Source: Macrostomum lignano
Taxonomy: Eukaryota
Assembly (NCBI GenBank): GCA_002269645.1
Contig: NIVC01003237.1
Coordinates: forward strand, 1 to 64,000
Direction: 5' to 3'
Length of the DNA stretch: 64,000 nt
The notes beneath the pieces were generated by a model. The model was not told where the DNA came from. It saw only the letters and a list, made by a program, of their open reading frames with translations, and made no database searches. A program made the position numbers and the translations under genes. Below, piece by piece: positions 22,506-36,341 of the stretch (its first letter is position 1; each line of letters opens with the position of its first letter).

Positions 22506-24714
22506 CTGAGCAGGAGGCGGGAGTGCGTCAGCAGCCTGAAGCACCGAGCACCAACGCAATGGAACAGCGAGTGCCAACGCTGGGGTAGCGCGAGAGTCGC
22601 ATATTAAAAGCCCCCAGCTTTTGAAATTTAACAATTGCGCCTCAGGCGGAGGCAGGCATAGTCGGAGGCCCGGATCCAGAGTCAGCTCAAGCGCCTAGGA
22701 GTGAAGGCAGGGGGGGGAAGGGCGCCCCATGGCGCCTTGTCACAACTGCAACCTCCTCACAAATTCCAATAGCTTAGCCGATGCCCCAATTCAAAGGCTT
22801 CCTTCTCCCATTATCCCGTAATTAGGGAAGGGGCTTTGGTTGAGTTGGCGAGCGAGGGCTTCAGGATGCGGGGGAGCGGCTTGAGCACTCCCAGTGAGAG
22901 AAGAACTGGGTCAGAAAATTGCTGATGAGACGGACGACGCAACCAAAGGCTGCGCAACTCCGAGAGCACACAGTCATGCAATTTGTTTGGGGATCCACGC
23001 CGGACACCTGGGGGGGGGGGGGGTAGGGAGGGGAGGGCTGAGCCGGCAGAGGGGGTTCGGGGAATTCCAGTCAGAAAAAATCCCAGCCCCCACGCAGCCC
23101 GGGTCCCTCCTGACGCTGCAGATCGTGAGTCAACCAGCTGTTGTGACAGGACTCCAAAGTCTTCAGCTCCAGATGGAGGATCGGAGCTTTGGAAAGCGGC
23201 CCCGCCTGAGGGTCGAGCCACCTGGGGGAGGATTTCTCAAGCACACACGCACGCATAGCATTGAGTCGGCTGGGGGGGGGGGTGAGGGCAGGGTTCTCTG
23301 TTCCCCTTGTCAGGCAAAGCTGCCTCCGGAGCCGCTCCGCTCCGCTAAGCTAAGCCTCCATATGTCCGCTGGGGGGAAACCGGGGGAGGGCGCCCCACCA
23401 CCACTGCTCTCCCTGCCTGTCCCTGCCAGGGCCATGGGGCTGTCAACTCAGGAATGGGGCCTTTACTAAATCGGATACTCCAGTGAGTCAGTCAGCTGGA
23501 CGCCTCGGGTTAGAAATCTGGACTGGACGGTCATTTTCTAGACATCTTTTAGTTTAGAATCAGGGACGTCTCGGGTTATAAATCTGGAAGGTCATATTCT
23601 TTCATTCATTTTCTCTCTTTGAGGTCCTCGGGTCGGGTCCTCTAAAACTTCACTATTAGCAATCCGACCGTTCAAGGTTTGCGTCTCTTCTCAGGTCTCT
23701 TCTGTCTTCTCTCCCATCTTCTCTCACTTATCTCTCATCTCTTCTCTCATCACATCCTTCCTGTTATCTCCTCTCTCACCTTTTGCTCTCTTCTCTTCTC
23801 GCTTCTCCTAATCTCTCATCTCTATTCCAACTTCTTTCCTCTCTCAACTGGCCCCGCGCTAGTGAGGCATGAGCTAGATTATTTATCTGACCCTTGAAGT
23901 AAAAAAAACTTTTTTGGGGAAAAACTTCCCCTGACCAGGTGCACGAGGTTGCAGTGTGTGTGTGTGTATGTGTGTTCTCCTTTTCCGCTTCCTGCCTGCG
24001 CACGGCTTCGGGGATTTTTCTCATTGTTTTGTTGAAGTTTTGAAGGCTCGAAGGCTGGCTGTGTGTTGATAAAACTGGCCCAATTTGTTTGCAGGCCCAT
24101 CATCATGTCGGCTCACAGCCAGTGCAGACCAGGTGAGGCAACAGCAAACACGTCATGCCTATATACACATAGCTATACTCGTAAGTGTCGAATCGGGCTT
24201 GGTAACGGCATAGCAACCCGAAATCCACAATGGCATGAGCTCCCATATCATTGATACCTTAGCTTCATCCAATCCCTCTGTTGAAACAGGAATCTTATAT
24301 TATATCCACATAATATCCCAATTTATTGTCCCAGCTCAAACTGAAACCCCGACCCCCTCTGTGCAGCCAGCAAGCAAGGACCCCCAGCAACTCGTCCCAG
24401 GTGCTTTTGTGCGTGCGTGCTTCAGCTTTATCCCCTGATATCAGCTGGGGTTCCCATGCAAGTATCTATAGATAGATAGCTATAGGCAAACAAATGTGTT
24501 GCAAGCAGTGTATTCTGCCGGCTTGAACATGATAGAATATAGATAATGTATACAGTACATGCTTATTCTAATTAGCTGGCTGTGTGAGTTATCCAGAGCT
24601 CCATAGAGTCTCTAATGATTTCGAATGAATAGCATATAGTCATATTCACACTGATGCCGATGTAATATGGCACCTCGCAGATCCAATAGCGCACCGCCTC
24701 AGATCCAAAATGAC

Positions 24715-25600
24715 AACCCGTATATCCAAAATGGCTCCTACTCAGACCCAAAATGGTTCCACTCAGACCCAAAATGGCTCTACTCAGATCCAAAATGGCT
24801 CCTACTCAGACTCAAAATGGCTCTACTCAGATCCAAAATGGCTCCTACTCAGACTCAAAATGGCTCTACTCAGATCCAAAATGGCTCCTACTCAGACCCA
24901 AAATGGCTCCTACTCAGACCCAAAATGGCTCCTAATCAGACCCAAAATGGCTCCTACTCAGATCCAAAATGGCTCTACTCAGATCCAAAATGGCTCTACT
25001 CAGACCCAAAATGGCTCCTACTCAGACCCAAAATGGCTCTACTCAGATCCAAAATGGCTCTACTCAGATCCAAAATGGCTCCTACTCAGACCCAAAATGG
25101 CTCCTACTCAGACCCAAAATGGCTCCTACTCAGACCCAAAATGGCTCCTACTCAGATCCAAAATGGCTCTACTCAGATCCAAAATGGCTCTACTCAGACC
25201 CAAAATGGCTCTACTCAGATCCAAAATGGCTCCTACTCAGACCCAAAATAGCTCCTACTCAGATCCAAAATGGCTCTACTCAGATCCAAAATGGCTCCTA
25301 CTCAGATCCAAAATGGCTCCTACTCAGACTCAAAATGGCTCTACTCAGATCCAAAATGGCTCCTACTCAGACCCAAAATGGCTCCTACTCAGACCCAAAA
25401 TAGCTCCTACTCAGATCCAAAATGGCTCCTACTCAGACTCAAAATGGCTCTACTCAGATCCAAAATGGCTCTACTCAGATCCAAAATGGCTCCTACTCAG
25501 ACCCAAAATGGCTCCTACTCAGATCCAAAATGGCTCTACTCAGATCCAAAATGGCTCCTACTCAGATCCAAAATGGCTCTACTCAGACCCAAAATAGCGT
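24715..25600. repeat. 21/22-bp minisatellite (AAAATGGCTC[C]TACTCAGA[T/C]CC)
   Basis: Direct reading. Confidence 0.95.
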
Positions 25601-26794
25601 TTTTAAGAAGATGCGGCTGCCAGATCTCACGCAAAAACCTCTCATGGTGCTTCCCATGAATTTTGCACCCATTCTTATCTATCAATTTTGAGTTCCTATT
25701 CTTAGTGCAGAAGAAATTTCCGTTTCAGAAATCGCTTTGGAAAGCAAATGTTGAGTAATGAATCCAGAGCTCAGTGACTCACGCCAGCGCTAAGAAGAGA
25801 AGATCCCCACCAGAAATTTGCTTTGGCTTTGTGAAGCAGCTTTTCATAAGACCAGTATACTACGAGCGCATATTATAGTTATAATTCTACTAGTAATATA
25901 GTTCTAGTTCTTAGTTATAGTAGTTCTAAATTATATTTATACTATAGTATAATTTATTATAGTATATTTAGTTGTACGAGTAGAGAAGCGAAACCTTTGG
26001 CCCTCTTCCCCTGCCTCGTTCACCACTTCAGTCCTGCAGGCGTGGGGGTGGGTATGTTGGAGACAGATGAGGATCTGACCAAAAATGAAGGAAAGGCCTG
26101 CAGGATCTTTTCCGCAGCAAGGGTCTGAGAAGCATTTGAGAAGCATTGGGATAGGGGAGAGGTGAGAGAGATAAAGGAAGGAAGGGGCCAGGGGTTCCCA
26201 GGCCCAGTTCCCAGCGAGCCGAGCAGTTCTTCACCCACGCCCGATGACTCAGACGGACTTGACCGGGACGGTGGGGGTTGGGGGGCTTCACAATCCTGCT
26301 TTGGCATTTACCATGCTGTGTGTTGTTTAGCATGCAGAAATACTGCACTCAGTCAAAAGGCATACTAGTCAGTCAACTCAGTCAACTGACATGATGATGA
26401 GTGCATGATGATGATAAGTTGAGAGCGGACAGATGGCGTAGAAGTATGCATACCGGGTGAAACTCAGCTGCATCACGGAGCTGGTGGCATTAAATGATCT
26501 AGGAAATTTGGTCTAAGATGCCTATCACCTATTTCTCTATATCCACATACAGAATAGCACTCAAGGATGAGATGATTGCAAACATAAGCTCGGGCTGAGT
26601 GAGCGCATCTGAGAGTTTGTTCAAAACAAACGATGATGTCCGATAAAATAAAATTTACGATTTCTATACATAAGAGGTCACAATCTCAATGACAGATTTT
26701 GCAGTCTGTGTATATTCTTGTTGACTTTTACGAGTATATTTCAAAGTGATGGTCTGCATCTGCACTTGAGCGATGCTTTCTATTGCTTGTAGAC

Positions 26795-26935
26795 TCATTT
26801 TAGCGCCGCAAGCCCTCATTTTAGCGCCGCAAGCCCTCATTTTAGCGCCGCAAGCCCTCATTTTAGCGCCGCAAGCCCTCATTTTAGCGCCACAAGCCCT
26901 CATTTTAGCGCTGCGGACACTCATTTTAGCGCCAC
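26795..26935. repeat. 21-bp minisatellite (CTCATTTTAGCGCCGCAAGCC)
   Basis: Direct reading; ~6 units. Confidence 0.9.
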
Positions 26936-26959
26936 ACTCATTGTTCTAGCGACATAAAG

Positions 26960-27350
26960 CTTATGTCAGCGCTTATGTCAAATCAGCGCTTATGTCAGTG
27001 CTTATGTCAGCTCAGTGCTTATGTCAGCTCAGTGCTTATGTCAGTGCTTATGTCAGCTCAGTGCTTATGTCAGTGCTTATGTCAGCTCAGTGCTTATGTC
27101 AGTGCTTATGTCAGCTCAGTGCTTATGTCAGTGCTTATGTCAGCTCAGTGCTTATGTCAGTGCTTATGTCAGCTCAGTGCTTATGTCAGTGCTTATGTCA
27201 GCTCAGTGCTTATGTCAGTGCTTATGTCAGCTCAGTGCTTATGTCAGTGCTTATGTCAGCTCAGTGCTTATGTCAGTGCTTATGTCAGCTCAGTGCTTAT
27301 GTCAGTGCTTATGTCAGCTCAGTGCTTATGTCAGTGCTTATGTCAGCTAT
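26960..27350. repeat. 29-bp composite minisatellite (GTGCTTATGTCA x2 + GCTCA)
   Basis: Direct reading. Confidence 0.93.
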
Positions 27351-28429
27351 ATCGGTTCAAATTCGATAAGTGTAATAACTATAGTATCGAGATAATTCGG
27401 CATGCCGCTGTGACGCCGAATGGAGACAGGCTTCAGCCTTCATGGATGGCTAAACGCGTCTGCGCATAGGGAAGTCCGGGTGACAAGGGGGTTGGTTCAG
27501 GATGGAGGGCCGATTTCTTGTTACCAAGGCGCTAAAAGGTATTAGTATTCTGAGCATTCTACTCGATGCTATGTATAATATTAAGCAGCTATCACAGAGC
27601 ATTCTGCACGCACTGGGGCAAACCAATCGAACCACGCCCCCTTTACCCCTCATTTTCCCTTCGTCTGTCCTCACGTTTTGACGACCTGATGGCAGAGTCG
27701 CTAGCCGCGGCAGTATCCAAATAGATAAATTCATATGCATTTATTCCCAAATTTCTTAAAACGCTAGATCCCCCAGTTTTCCATTTCTTCATTGCTCAAT
27801 TCTTCTTTCCTTTCGAGTTTGCGCAATTTGCACAGAAATTGGCCAATTTTCGCTTTTATTACGGCGGCTTAATAATAGTGCAATAATAACTCACACCTTG
27901 AGCAAACCCCCAAATAATATTTGTTGAATGAATACAACTGCTACCAACTCTGGCTGCTGCACAAGCAGTCGTTGCGTGAATGCATGGCCATATACATTTA
28001 TAATAGCATAAAATTTTAAGTCATGCAGGTTCCATGAGAACGATCCTATTGTTATACAGTCATGCTGCCTTGCATATGGGCGACAGTTTGTGTAGCATAA
28101 TAGCCTGGGGAACTTTTAGTATCCGGGCGACCCCCACCCCCCTCAGTCAGCTGGATCAAATCAGATTTTCACAAATCCAAATATAATTAGCTTATAATAA
28201 ATGCATATGATAAATGGTCGACTCAATGTTATTATCACATCATTTTGCGGAGAACTTTTTCGGCTTATACTAAATTATGGAATATAGTATAACCCAAAAT
28301 ATTCCGTCTTGTTAACGGACAACTGGTAATTAATCACTTTAATAAATGACGATCTTTGTCCCTGTGGCGTCTCGAAGGGGAGTCATGGGATCATTGGGGT
28401 CATGACCCCCCCATAGACGGCCGACTAAT

Positions 28430-28520
28430 CTCCCCTTCGGCGCTAAACTCTTCCCTTCGGCGCTAAACTTTCCCCTTCGGCGCTAAACTCTCCCCTTCGG
28501 CGCTAAACTCTCACTTCTGG
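28430..28520. repeat. 21-bp minisatellite (CTTCGGCGCTAAACTCTCCCC), probably inside a MITE remnant
   Basis: ~4 units, preceded by GGGGTCATGACCCCCC-type sequence at ~28375-28412. Confidence 0.75.
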
Positions 28521-29482
28521 TGCTGAACTAGCGCCAAAATCTTCCGCTGGCGCTAAGTTTATCAATAAAAAATTGTCCAACTGTCAATTGAAAATGATAT
28601 CAAGGAAAGAAGCCACCAACCCACTGAGTTAATTATTGGATTCTTTAGGCAATCCTAGCAGCACCGAATACAATTTCCAGCTAAACTATTGTATATTATA
28701 TGATTATCGTTTCAATTATATCAATTGGATAATAAATTTGTCTAAATACAATGTAATTAATTATTCAACAATTCATTCATTTGACCTGGACACACTAGTT
28801 TCAAGCTAAGGCCATAAGTGAGTGTCAAAAGTTGAGGTGAGAATGGTAAGACGGAACCCCTACTAAAGGGAAGAAGGCAGGCAAGCCTTCATTTCATGTA
28901 CATTCATTCCTCCAGCGTTCTGTTGGGCCCTAACTACAGGGGGGGTAACTCTACTTACTTGTGCTTGCAAGCATGGACCCCAATTCCTGGGAGGGACCAG
29001 AGCAGGGGGCTGTGGACGATACTCCAGCCAACCAACCCCTTACACTCAATTTTATTACCCCCCCCCCGAAATTCCTTTGACGCCACCAACCCTTGAAAAG
29101 GCGAAAACCCTTTCTCAACCAATCCAGTCGCGGAGGGGGGTGGGTGCGAAGGGTCCAACGCCCCTACCCCACGTGGGCAGCCCGGCACAGGCAGTCCCAG
29201 CCCCTGCGGGCAGCCCAGCCCCCCTGCGTCAGTGAGCAGAAAGAGGGGGGTTGGTGTGGGTGGGGATGGGTGCGTGCTGGTGGAGGGTTGTAAAAGCTTG
29301 GTTTTAACTTCCAAACTGGAGGCTTCCCGTCCTCAAACAGCGCTTTGGCAGCCATATTTTGTGAGATATTGTGAGAGATATTTATCATTCCGCGTGTTAG
29401 TTACAACACAGTCCGCCTTCCGTCAGAGCAAATTTCAAAGCAAATTTTCTTAAATAAGTGGCTGCCAGTGACAGGCAGTATA

Positions 29483-30983
29483 ATGCACTCTAACACAAGC
29501 ATATTTCAGCAACAGCAACAACAGCAGCAGCAACAGCAGCAGCATCAACAGCACCAGCAACAGCTGTTATTGCAGGCAGCCGCTTTTGCGGCAGCAGCTG
29601 GCAGCGGCGGAGGCGGCGGCAGCAACAATGCTTCTATTGGCAAATATTCCGTTTTCACAGGTAAGAAGCGACCTGAATACCGTTGTTTGGGGAATTTTTC
29701 TTCTCTTGATTCTAATCTTGGTTTCGTATTCATGTCTGCGCTCTCTTCTACTAAAAAGCCAGTTGTGAATCATTCCATTACGGTAATAGTTTTTGAAAGC
29801 ATCCGGTTTCATGCATATGGTATAGGGAGGGGTGTGCGATCCGATGTTGATACAGAAGTGTAAGTTTAGCTTGTCATAGTCTTTCTGGTTACAGTGGTGA
29901 ATGATGGAAGGTAAGTCTTTGTTTCTTTTGGAAAACGGCTGGCTATGGTATAGTAGAATAATAGAATGCACTTTTGACAGAAGCTTCCCACAGCACTAAT
30001 ACTCGTACACAACTAACTACTAAATATATAACGGAAACAACCGAGTCAACAGAACATTTTTAAATAGAAAAACTACACAAATTTCCATACAATTTGAGTT
30101 GCTAAAAAGTCCTGCTCTACTCTTTCTACTTATTATGAGTAGTCTCAACCCCCCTGTTTTTCGGCAGAATAAAAAAAATTAACATTTGAGGATGTTCCCA
30201 AAAATTGGTTGGTAAAATTTAGATGCGTAGATTCAAGTCACGAAAATCCATGCTCCAGACCGTGTACACGAGAGGGGCGCCATAATATACACGAGAGGGG
30301 CGCCATAATATACACGAGAGGGGCGCCATAATATACACGAGAGGGGCGCCATATTAAGCAAACGGTGAGGAGCTTTTTACCCCCCCCCCTTAAATCAGCC
30401 CCTGTAGACTCTAGATGTTCGGCAGCAAGGTTCGGATTGTCCAAAAATGCTTTAAATTAGAACTCTATTAGAATATAAACATTCTATAGTCTATTAGAAT
30501 CATAGGTGTCTCAGTCTCACCCTTGACGTGTCTCACCTACAGAGATCACGCAGCAGCAGCAGCTACAGCGCCAGAATCAACAACACCGGCGTCACACAAT
30601 GGGCTGTCCACCGGCTCGCAATCCGCACCAGAGTGTGCAGGATGCGGAGAACACCCCCCCTGGCGGAGTTCAGGACCGGCCAGTCAAGCGGGGCCGCTAC
30701 GATCAGCCGGGAGCAACAGCCCAGCAGCAGCAGCAGCAACCTTCACTGCAGACGCTACACCAACAGCAGCAGCAACAGTTGCCGATGCCTCCGCCAGGCT
30801 GGGCTACAGCGGCGGCACAAGCTCTGCGCTTGCAGATGCCGCCGCCGCCGCAGCCGCAATTGTCGCACGCAATGGGTTCGGCAGGGCCTGTGCCTGGATC
30901 GTATGGCATTGTGCAGCCGCTCTATCCGATGCTGCAGCTGTTTAGGCCCATGCAGCAGCTTCAACAACAGCAGCAGCAGCAGC

Positions 30984-31023
<40 letters not shown>

Positions 31024-33750
31024 GCACCAACACCAACAGTCGCAGCAGCAGCCTCAGCCTCCAGTCCAGGCGGCTGTCCCCAGTAGCGCAGCGGATTCGC
31101 CGCTAGACCTGACAATTCCCAAAGCTGCCGTCGCGTCGCTAGCCAAGGCGAACGGACCGGCGACTTTGTCGGCGTCCGTCTGCGGCCCGGTGCCACTGGA
31201 TTTGTCCTACAATTCTGGCAGGTCGACTGGCGCATCGAGGATCGATCGGTCGCGTAAGCAGCGTCGCTCTTTGCCGCCCTCGATGCTGACGGCTCCACAG
31301 CAGCAGCGACAGCAGGGGGTGCCGATACTCAGCCCGCTGCTCTTCCCCAGCCCGACTCTGCCAACAACGACGTCAACGTCTGCAGCAGCTCCGGCCTCGT
31401 CCAGCTCAGTCGGCGTCCATCATCAGCTGGCCGATCATCTGCCCCGTGTGGACGCCTCGCCGGAGCCTCCAGGCGTCCCGGGCTGCTCAGATTCGCAGCA
31501 TTCGGCGCCAGGAGCCGTCGACGATCCTAGCGGCGGCCGCGGCGGCCGCCAGCCGGTGACCACCTGCCACCAGTGCGGCCGCGGCTTCGTCTGCCAGGGC
31601 GACATGAACGCCCACTTCGAGCTGGAGCACCTGGCCGCGCTAATGGGCGAATTCGACCATGGCAAGTCTTGGAAATCCTCCGCCGTGGAGAACAAGGAGC
31701 TCAACGTTGAGGCGACCATGGTGCGGCTGGAGAACGGCGACACGATCGGGTTCAAGTGCCCCGAGTGCGACTACTTTGCCAAGTGGCCCACCGAGCTGCA
31801 GAAGCACATCATGGTGCACTCCAGCGCCAGGCCGCACGTGTGCGTCGTCTGCGGCTGCACCTACAAGTGGAAGTGGGACCTCGGCAGACACTTCGACCGA
31901 TCGCACGAGTCGGCCGCAATGCCCAATCCGTATAAGAAGAACTCAGCCAGGCCGTCCAGCGGCGGCGGCGGCGGCTACCCGAGCAGCGCATCAGCGGCTG
32001 CGACCTCCTCGACAGGCCGGTCAACTCCAAGGGCGCCGCGTCAAAGTGGCGGCAGCGGCAGTAGCCGTCTGGCTTCTCCATCGGCTGGCGGCTCAACGAC
32101 GGCCGAGCTGCTGGCGTACTATTCCACTCCAGCCCGGTCCGCTGCCATGGCTGCCGCTGCTGCGTCTGCCGCTGCCGCCGCCGCCGCAGCTGCCGTCGGT
32201 GAGGCCGCTGTGTCCGCCGCGGCGTCGCCGTCTGAGCCCCGAGAATTGTCGCCTCCGCCTCCGCGGCTGGTGCTGAAGTCCGAGGATGAAGACGGCGTCA
32301 ATGATGACTCACAGCTGCAGCAGCAGCTCGCCTGTCCTATCTGTGGCGCACAGGTGAGTACCACTCATTTGGGGGGGGCGGGGTGAAATCCTAAACTTCA
32401 CAATCCCCAAACTTCACAATCCCCCAAACTTCACAATCCCCCAAACTTTACAATCCCCAAACTTCACAATCCCCCAAACTTTACAATCCCCAAACTTTAC
32501 AATCCCCAAACTTCACAATCCCCAAACTTCACAATCCCCCAAACTTTACAATCCCCAAACTTCACAATCCCCAAACTTTACAATCCCCAAACTTCACAAT
32601 CCCCAAACTTCACAATCCCCAAACTTCACAATCCCCCAAACTTTACAATCCCCAAACTTCACAATCCCCCAAACTTTACAATCCCCCAAACTTTACAATC
32701 CCCAAACTTCACAATCCCCCAAACTTCACAATCCTCCAAACTTCACAATCTCCAGAACTTCACAATTTCCCAAACTTCACCATTAGCTCGAATATACAAT
32801 TTATTACGTTATCAAATTTGCAGACTCGCTGGCCGGACGAGCTGAAGACTCACGTTGTCGGGCACAGCGAGTTCCGGCCCTACCGCTGCAGCGGCTGCCC
32901 CTTCGCCAGTCGCGAGCGCTCCGAAGTTGTCGCTCACATCGAAGCCTCCTGCTGCGAACCCGCTGGCGCCGGGCACCACCCAGCCGACTCGACGGTGCTG
33001 TGCGAGCCGCCGCCGCTCCTCGTCGGGGTGTTCGCCGACGGCGCCGAGGTGGCCGACTACGCAGAGAGGGCCGCTAGGCGTCAGCGGTTGCAGCAGTTCG
33101 ATGGCGATGACGAAGAGGACGAAGCAGCAACGGCCGGAGAGGCAGAAGAGGCGAATGACGACTCGAGAGATGAAGATGCCAAGGTGAGACTTGGTGAGCC
33201 TGTGCACTGTTGCTTCCCTTTATAGCCTTATATCTTCATAAGTGGTTTGATTTCTGCTCATGAAGCTCTTCTAGTTTAGGTTCATTTCTGCTCATAGAGC
33301 TGTTCTAGTTTAGATCCATTTCTGCTCATAGAGCTGTTCTAGTTTAGGTTCATTTCTGCTCATAGAGCTGTTCTAGTTTAGGTTCATTTCTGCTCATAGA
33401 GCTGTTCTAGTTTAGGTTCATTTCTGCTCATAGAGCTGTTCTAGTTTAGGTTCATTTCTGCTCATAGAGCTGTTCTGTTCATTTCTGCTCATTTAAATAT
33501 TCTACAGTTCCATAGCTAAAAATCGAAGGCTAACATCAAGTTCCGTCACCTTTACCAGGCCACTTCGCTGCTCAAATCAGAGCCCGGCTCGCCAGCAGAA
33601 GCTCCATCTTCCTCGGTCAGGGAGCCGCCTGAGATGCCCCGAGTTGGCAGTCCAACCGTTGCCAAGCGGCTTGACGCGCCGCGGTCTTGTGACAGCAGCA
33701 GCAGCAACAGCGGCAGCGGCGGCTCTAAAGAGCTTGCAAATCAATTTTAA
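29483..33750 (+). CDS. C2H2 zinc-finger transcription factor, 846 aa, 4 exons, five fingers, polyQ, two PLDL[T/S] CtBP-binding motifs
   Basis: join(29483..29660,30543..32353,32824..33183,33559..33750), phases 1,0,0, GT-AG. Fingers: CHQCGRGF..H..H, CPECDYFAKWPTELQKHIMVH, CVVCGCTYKWKWDLGRHFDRSH, CPICGAQ|TRWPDELKTHVVGH (split by intron 2), CSGCPFASRERSEVVAHIEASC. PLDLT 31100-31114, PLDLS 31193-31207. Candidate 5'UTR acceptor at 29340. Confidence 0.88.
30265..30352. repeat. 23-bp minisatellite (TACACGAGAGGGGCGCCATAATA) x4 in a MITE remnant, zinc-finger intron 1
   Basis: Direct reading; followed by C-run-TTAAATCAGCCCCTG, a typical hAT-MITE terminus, at ~30381-30404. Confidence 0.8.
32388..32780. 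repeat. 16/17-bp minisatellite (CCCAAACTTCACAATC) in zinc-finger intron 2
   Basis: Direct reading. Confidence 0.93.
33255..33495. repeat. 34-bp minisatellite (GTTCTAGTTTAGGTTCATTTCTGCTCATAGAGCT) in zinc-finger intron 3
   Basis: Direct reading; period 34. Confidence 0.92.
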
Positions 33751-35569
33751 CTAGCAAGGCTGCTTGAACAGACAAAAAGACACTGTATGTCCGATTCTTT
33801 GTTATCTTTTCCCACGGCTTAATATTATTATTTTTGCCCTCAGAAACATTGAAAACTTGTTCTTGCGAATCCTGTCGTTCTTCCCGTCTTGGTTTGCGCT
33901 CTTTGTGCGGCACATACAACCTGTACATACAGGCATGTAATTTTTGTTTCCGAGCAGACTAATTAATTGCTGTATGCTGTAAAAGATGAAAACTGTAAAA
34001 CAAATTTTACCGGCGAAATCTGACACGACGTATGCTCACTGTTAACGTCTTGGCTTCCTTTCCTCCCCTCCGATCCTGTTGCTGGCTGCAGCCGCATTCT
34101 AGGACGCCCCCCCCGATACACCAGAGAACTGTTCCCATTCCCCATCTTTGTTTACATGTGCCTTTTTGCATGTTTACATCTATCAATAGACGCGTGCGCA
34201 GCCTCTGTTTAGCATTGAAACAATTCCGCGAACGTCCGCAACTAGGAAGTTTTTGGTGCTTGCGAAAATATTAAATCATTTCTATTCTCTCTTTTTTGTC
34301 CTTCATGCACGTACATGTTATGCAGCCACCCGCTACTGTAGCAATGTGTTTTGCACCTGTGTGTATCCAAAAATACAGTGAAATTGCTTTGCGTTCAACA
34401 GTTTACATGGAAACCATAGATACATATGCAGGCTTAAACATATATTGATAGTGTTTTTCTCAATTAAATTCATAATAGGTAATCAAAGCACTGATTATGA
34501 TTGCTGCAACACTCATACAAGGTCCAGAGGGGGAAAATAGGAATTGAAAAGGGAGGCCCATTGAAAACGTTACCGTGACAAGAATTGCTAGAGTCATTGC
34601 AAACAACAATCTATACTAGCGACTCTTGTGACTCAAACGATTGTGTAATGCGACTGTTGGTCGACACGAGCGCATCACGCGAGTTGGAGAATCGTAAGAG
34701 TGGCGAAAAGGTCATCAAAAATCGTTGTATTAGCGCTTAACTTTCTACTAACTCGAGTAGACTAAATAGAGCTGTTATAAATTCAAAATGCGATTCTAAT
34801 TTATGATCTGACGCAGATGCGCTTAGCGTATTTGCGACGCCACGCAACTCAGCGATTCCACAGCGACTCTGGCCCCAGGGTCGTGGGGGCGTCGCCCCGG
34901 AGTCATTCTGCATCAAGTTTGCTGCATCAATTCAATTGGTTTAAATTGCAGATTAAACGACTTGAAGGCAACAAGTTTCTTAGAATCAATCACGCACTTT
35001 CTCCCAAAGCCGGAACTGCCGGACTCTGCGCGGCGGTGCTGCCGAGGCTAGCGGGGATCCCTTCAACATCAGTTTTTATTGTTTGTTGAAAAAAGAGAAC
35101 CAAACACAAACGAACAAGTAAACGGTAGGACAAATATGACAGAACACAATAAAAAACATTTAGTAAGCAGAAGCACACAGAACAGTTGAGAAAAGTCTTA
35201 CAGACAAGCAATTGCTGCTTTTAAAAAGAGAGAATAGAGAACGCACACACTAGTCAAAGCAAAGTGTTAAATAATTAAAGTTTTTTTGTCAAAATTACAT
35301 GGAGGTTTTGCACGGGGAGACAAACTGAACAAAACAAACTAGAAGCAGAAATCGGAAAAATAAAAACAAATATTTATTTTGAAAAAACTGAAACAAAACG
35401 CGGTTCTGTACATGCAGGGGGATTAATAGATAAGAGCCGGCCCGCGAAGTCTCTCTATGCGGCCCTCAGGTTCTTTGAAACTGCCCAATAGCAATCCGGG
35501 TTTTTTCTTCTCATCTCTCCTCTCTCCTCTCTCCCCTCTTCTCTCTTTTATCTGCCCTTATTGGGGATA

Positions 35570-35920
35570 GCAGCCAGGGTAAAAACCTTAGAGGGTAGCG
35601 ACCAGGGTAGAACACCTTAGACAGAGGATAGCGGCCTGGGTAGAACACCTTAGACAGAGAATAGCGGCCTGGGTAGAACACCTTAGACAGAGAATAGAGG
35701 CATGGGTAGAACACCTTAGACAGAGGCTAGCGGCCTGGGTAGAACACCTTAGACAGAGGCTAGCGGCCTGGGTAGAACACCTTAGACAGAGGCTAGCGGC
35801 CTGGGTAGAACACCTTAGACAGAGGCTAGCGGCCTGGGTAGAACACCTTAGACAGAGGCTAGCGGCCTGGGTAGAACACCTTAGACAGAGGCTAGGGTGG
35901 AAAACCAGACAGGGTAGCGA
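35570..35920. repeat. 33-bp minisatellite (GGGTAGAACACCTTAGACAGAGGCTAGCGGCCT)
   Basis: Direct reading; between the convergent zinc-finger and YTHDF genes. Confidence 0.93.
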
Positions 35921-36339
35921 CTTTAATAGACTCATAATTACATTTTTAAATACATTGAGCGAGAAGCGAACGGCGATAAAAAAGTATTATATAATTGCAA
36001 ACTTGATACTTTATTAATTAAAGTAGATTATGTAATTGTAAAAACAGAGCAGCCATATACCGGAAACCAACAATGACCATGGGCGCGTGCACACAAAGCG
36101 AGAATTTAAAGCATAGTAAAAAATTAAATTTCATACATCAATGTTGGCGAATGATTGGGTATTAATGGGGAGTTTATCATTTTTGCTAATCAACTAATAC
36201 TTAGATAAATTTTGGGAATAAACACACTGCACACACATATACAAATATATATATTTCACAAATCCACGTACAGATAAGATTACACAACAGAAATCCATAG
36301 CTTAGAAAATCTGAATAAGAAAATATAGATTTATTAGTT

Positions 36340-36341
<2 letters not shown>

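Noticed and set aside
21546-22634. 362-aa S/L/P-rich minus-strand ORF and E/R-rich plus-strand ORFs
   Set aside because: Low-complexity GA tract.
24667-27469. ORFs made of SDPKW/TQNGS and MSVLMSA/QCLCQ repeats
   Set aside because: Translations of 21/22-bp and 29-bp arrays, with no non-repetitive domain or splice support.
35570-35920. AGGT junction in the 33-bp unit (minus) and 40-bp MARCH unit as further mini-intron arrays
   Set aside because: A bare AGGT is expected by chance in units this long; donors are weak (GTGTTC, GTTACA), unlike the full consensus in the 8611 array.
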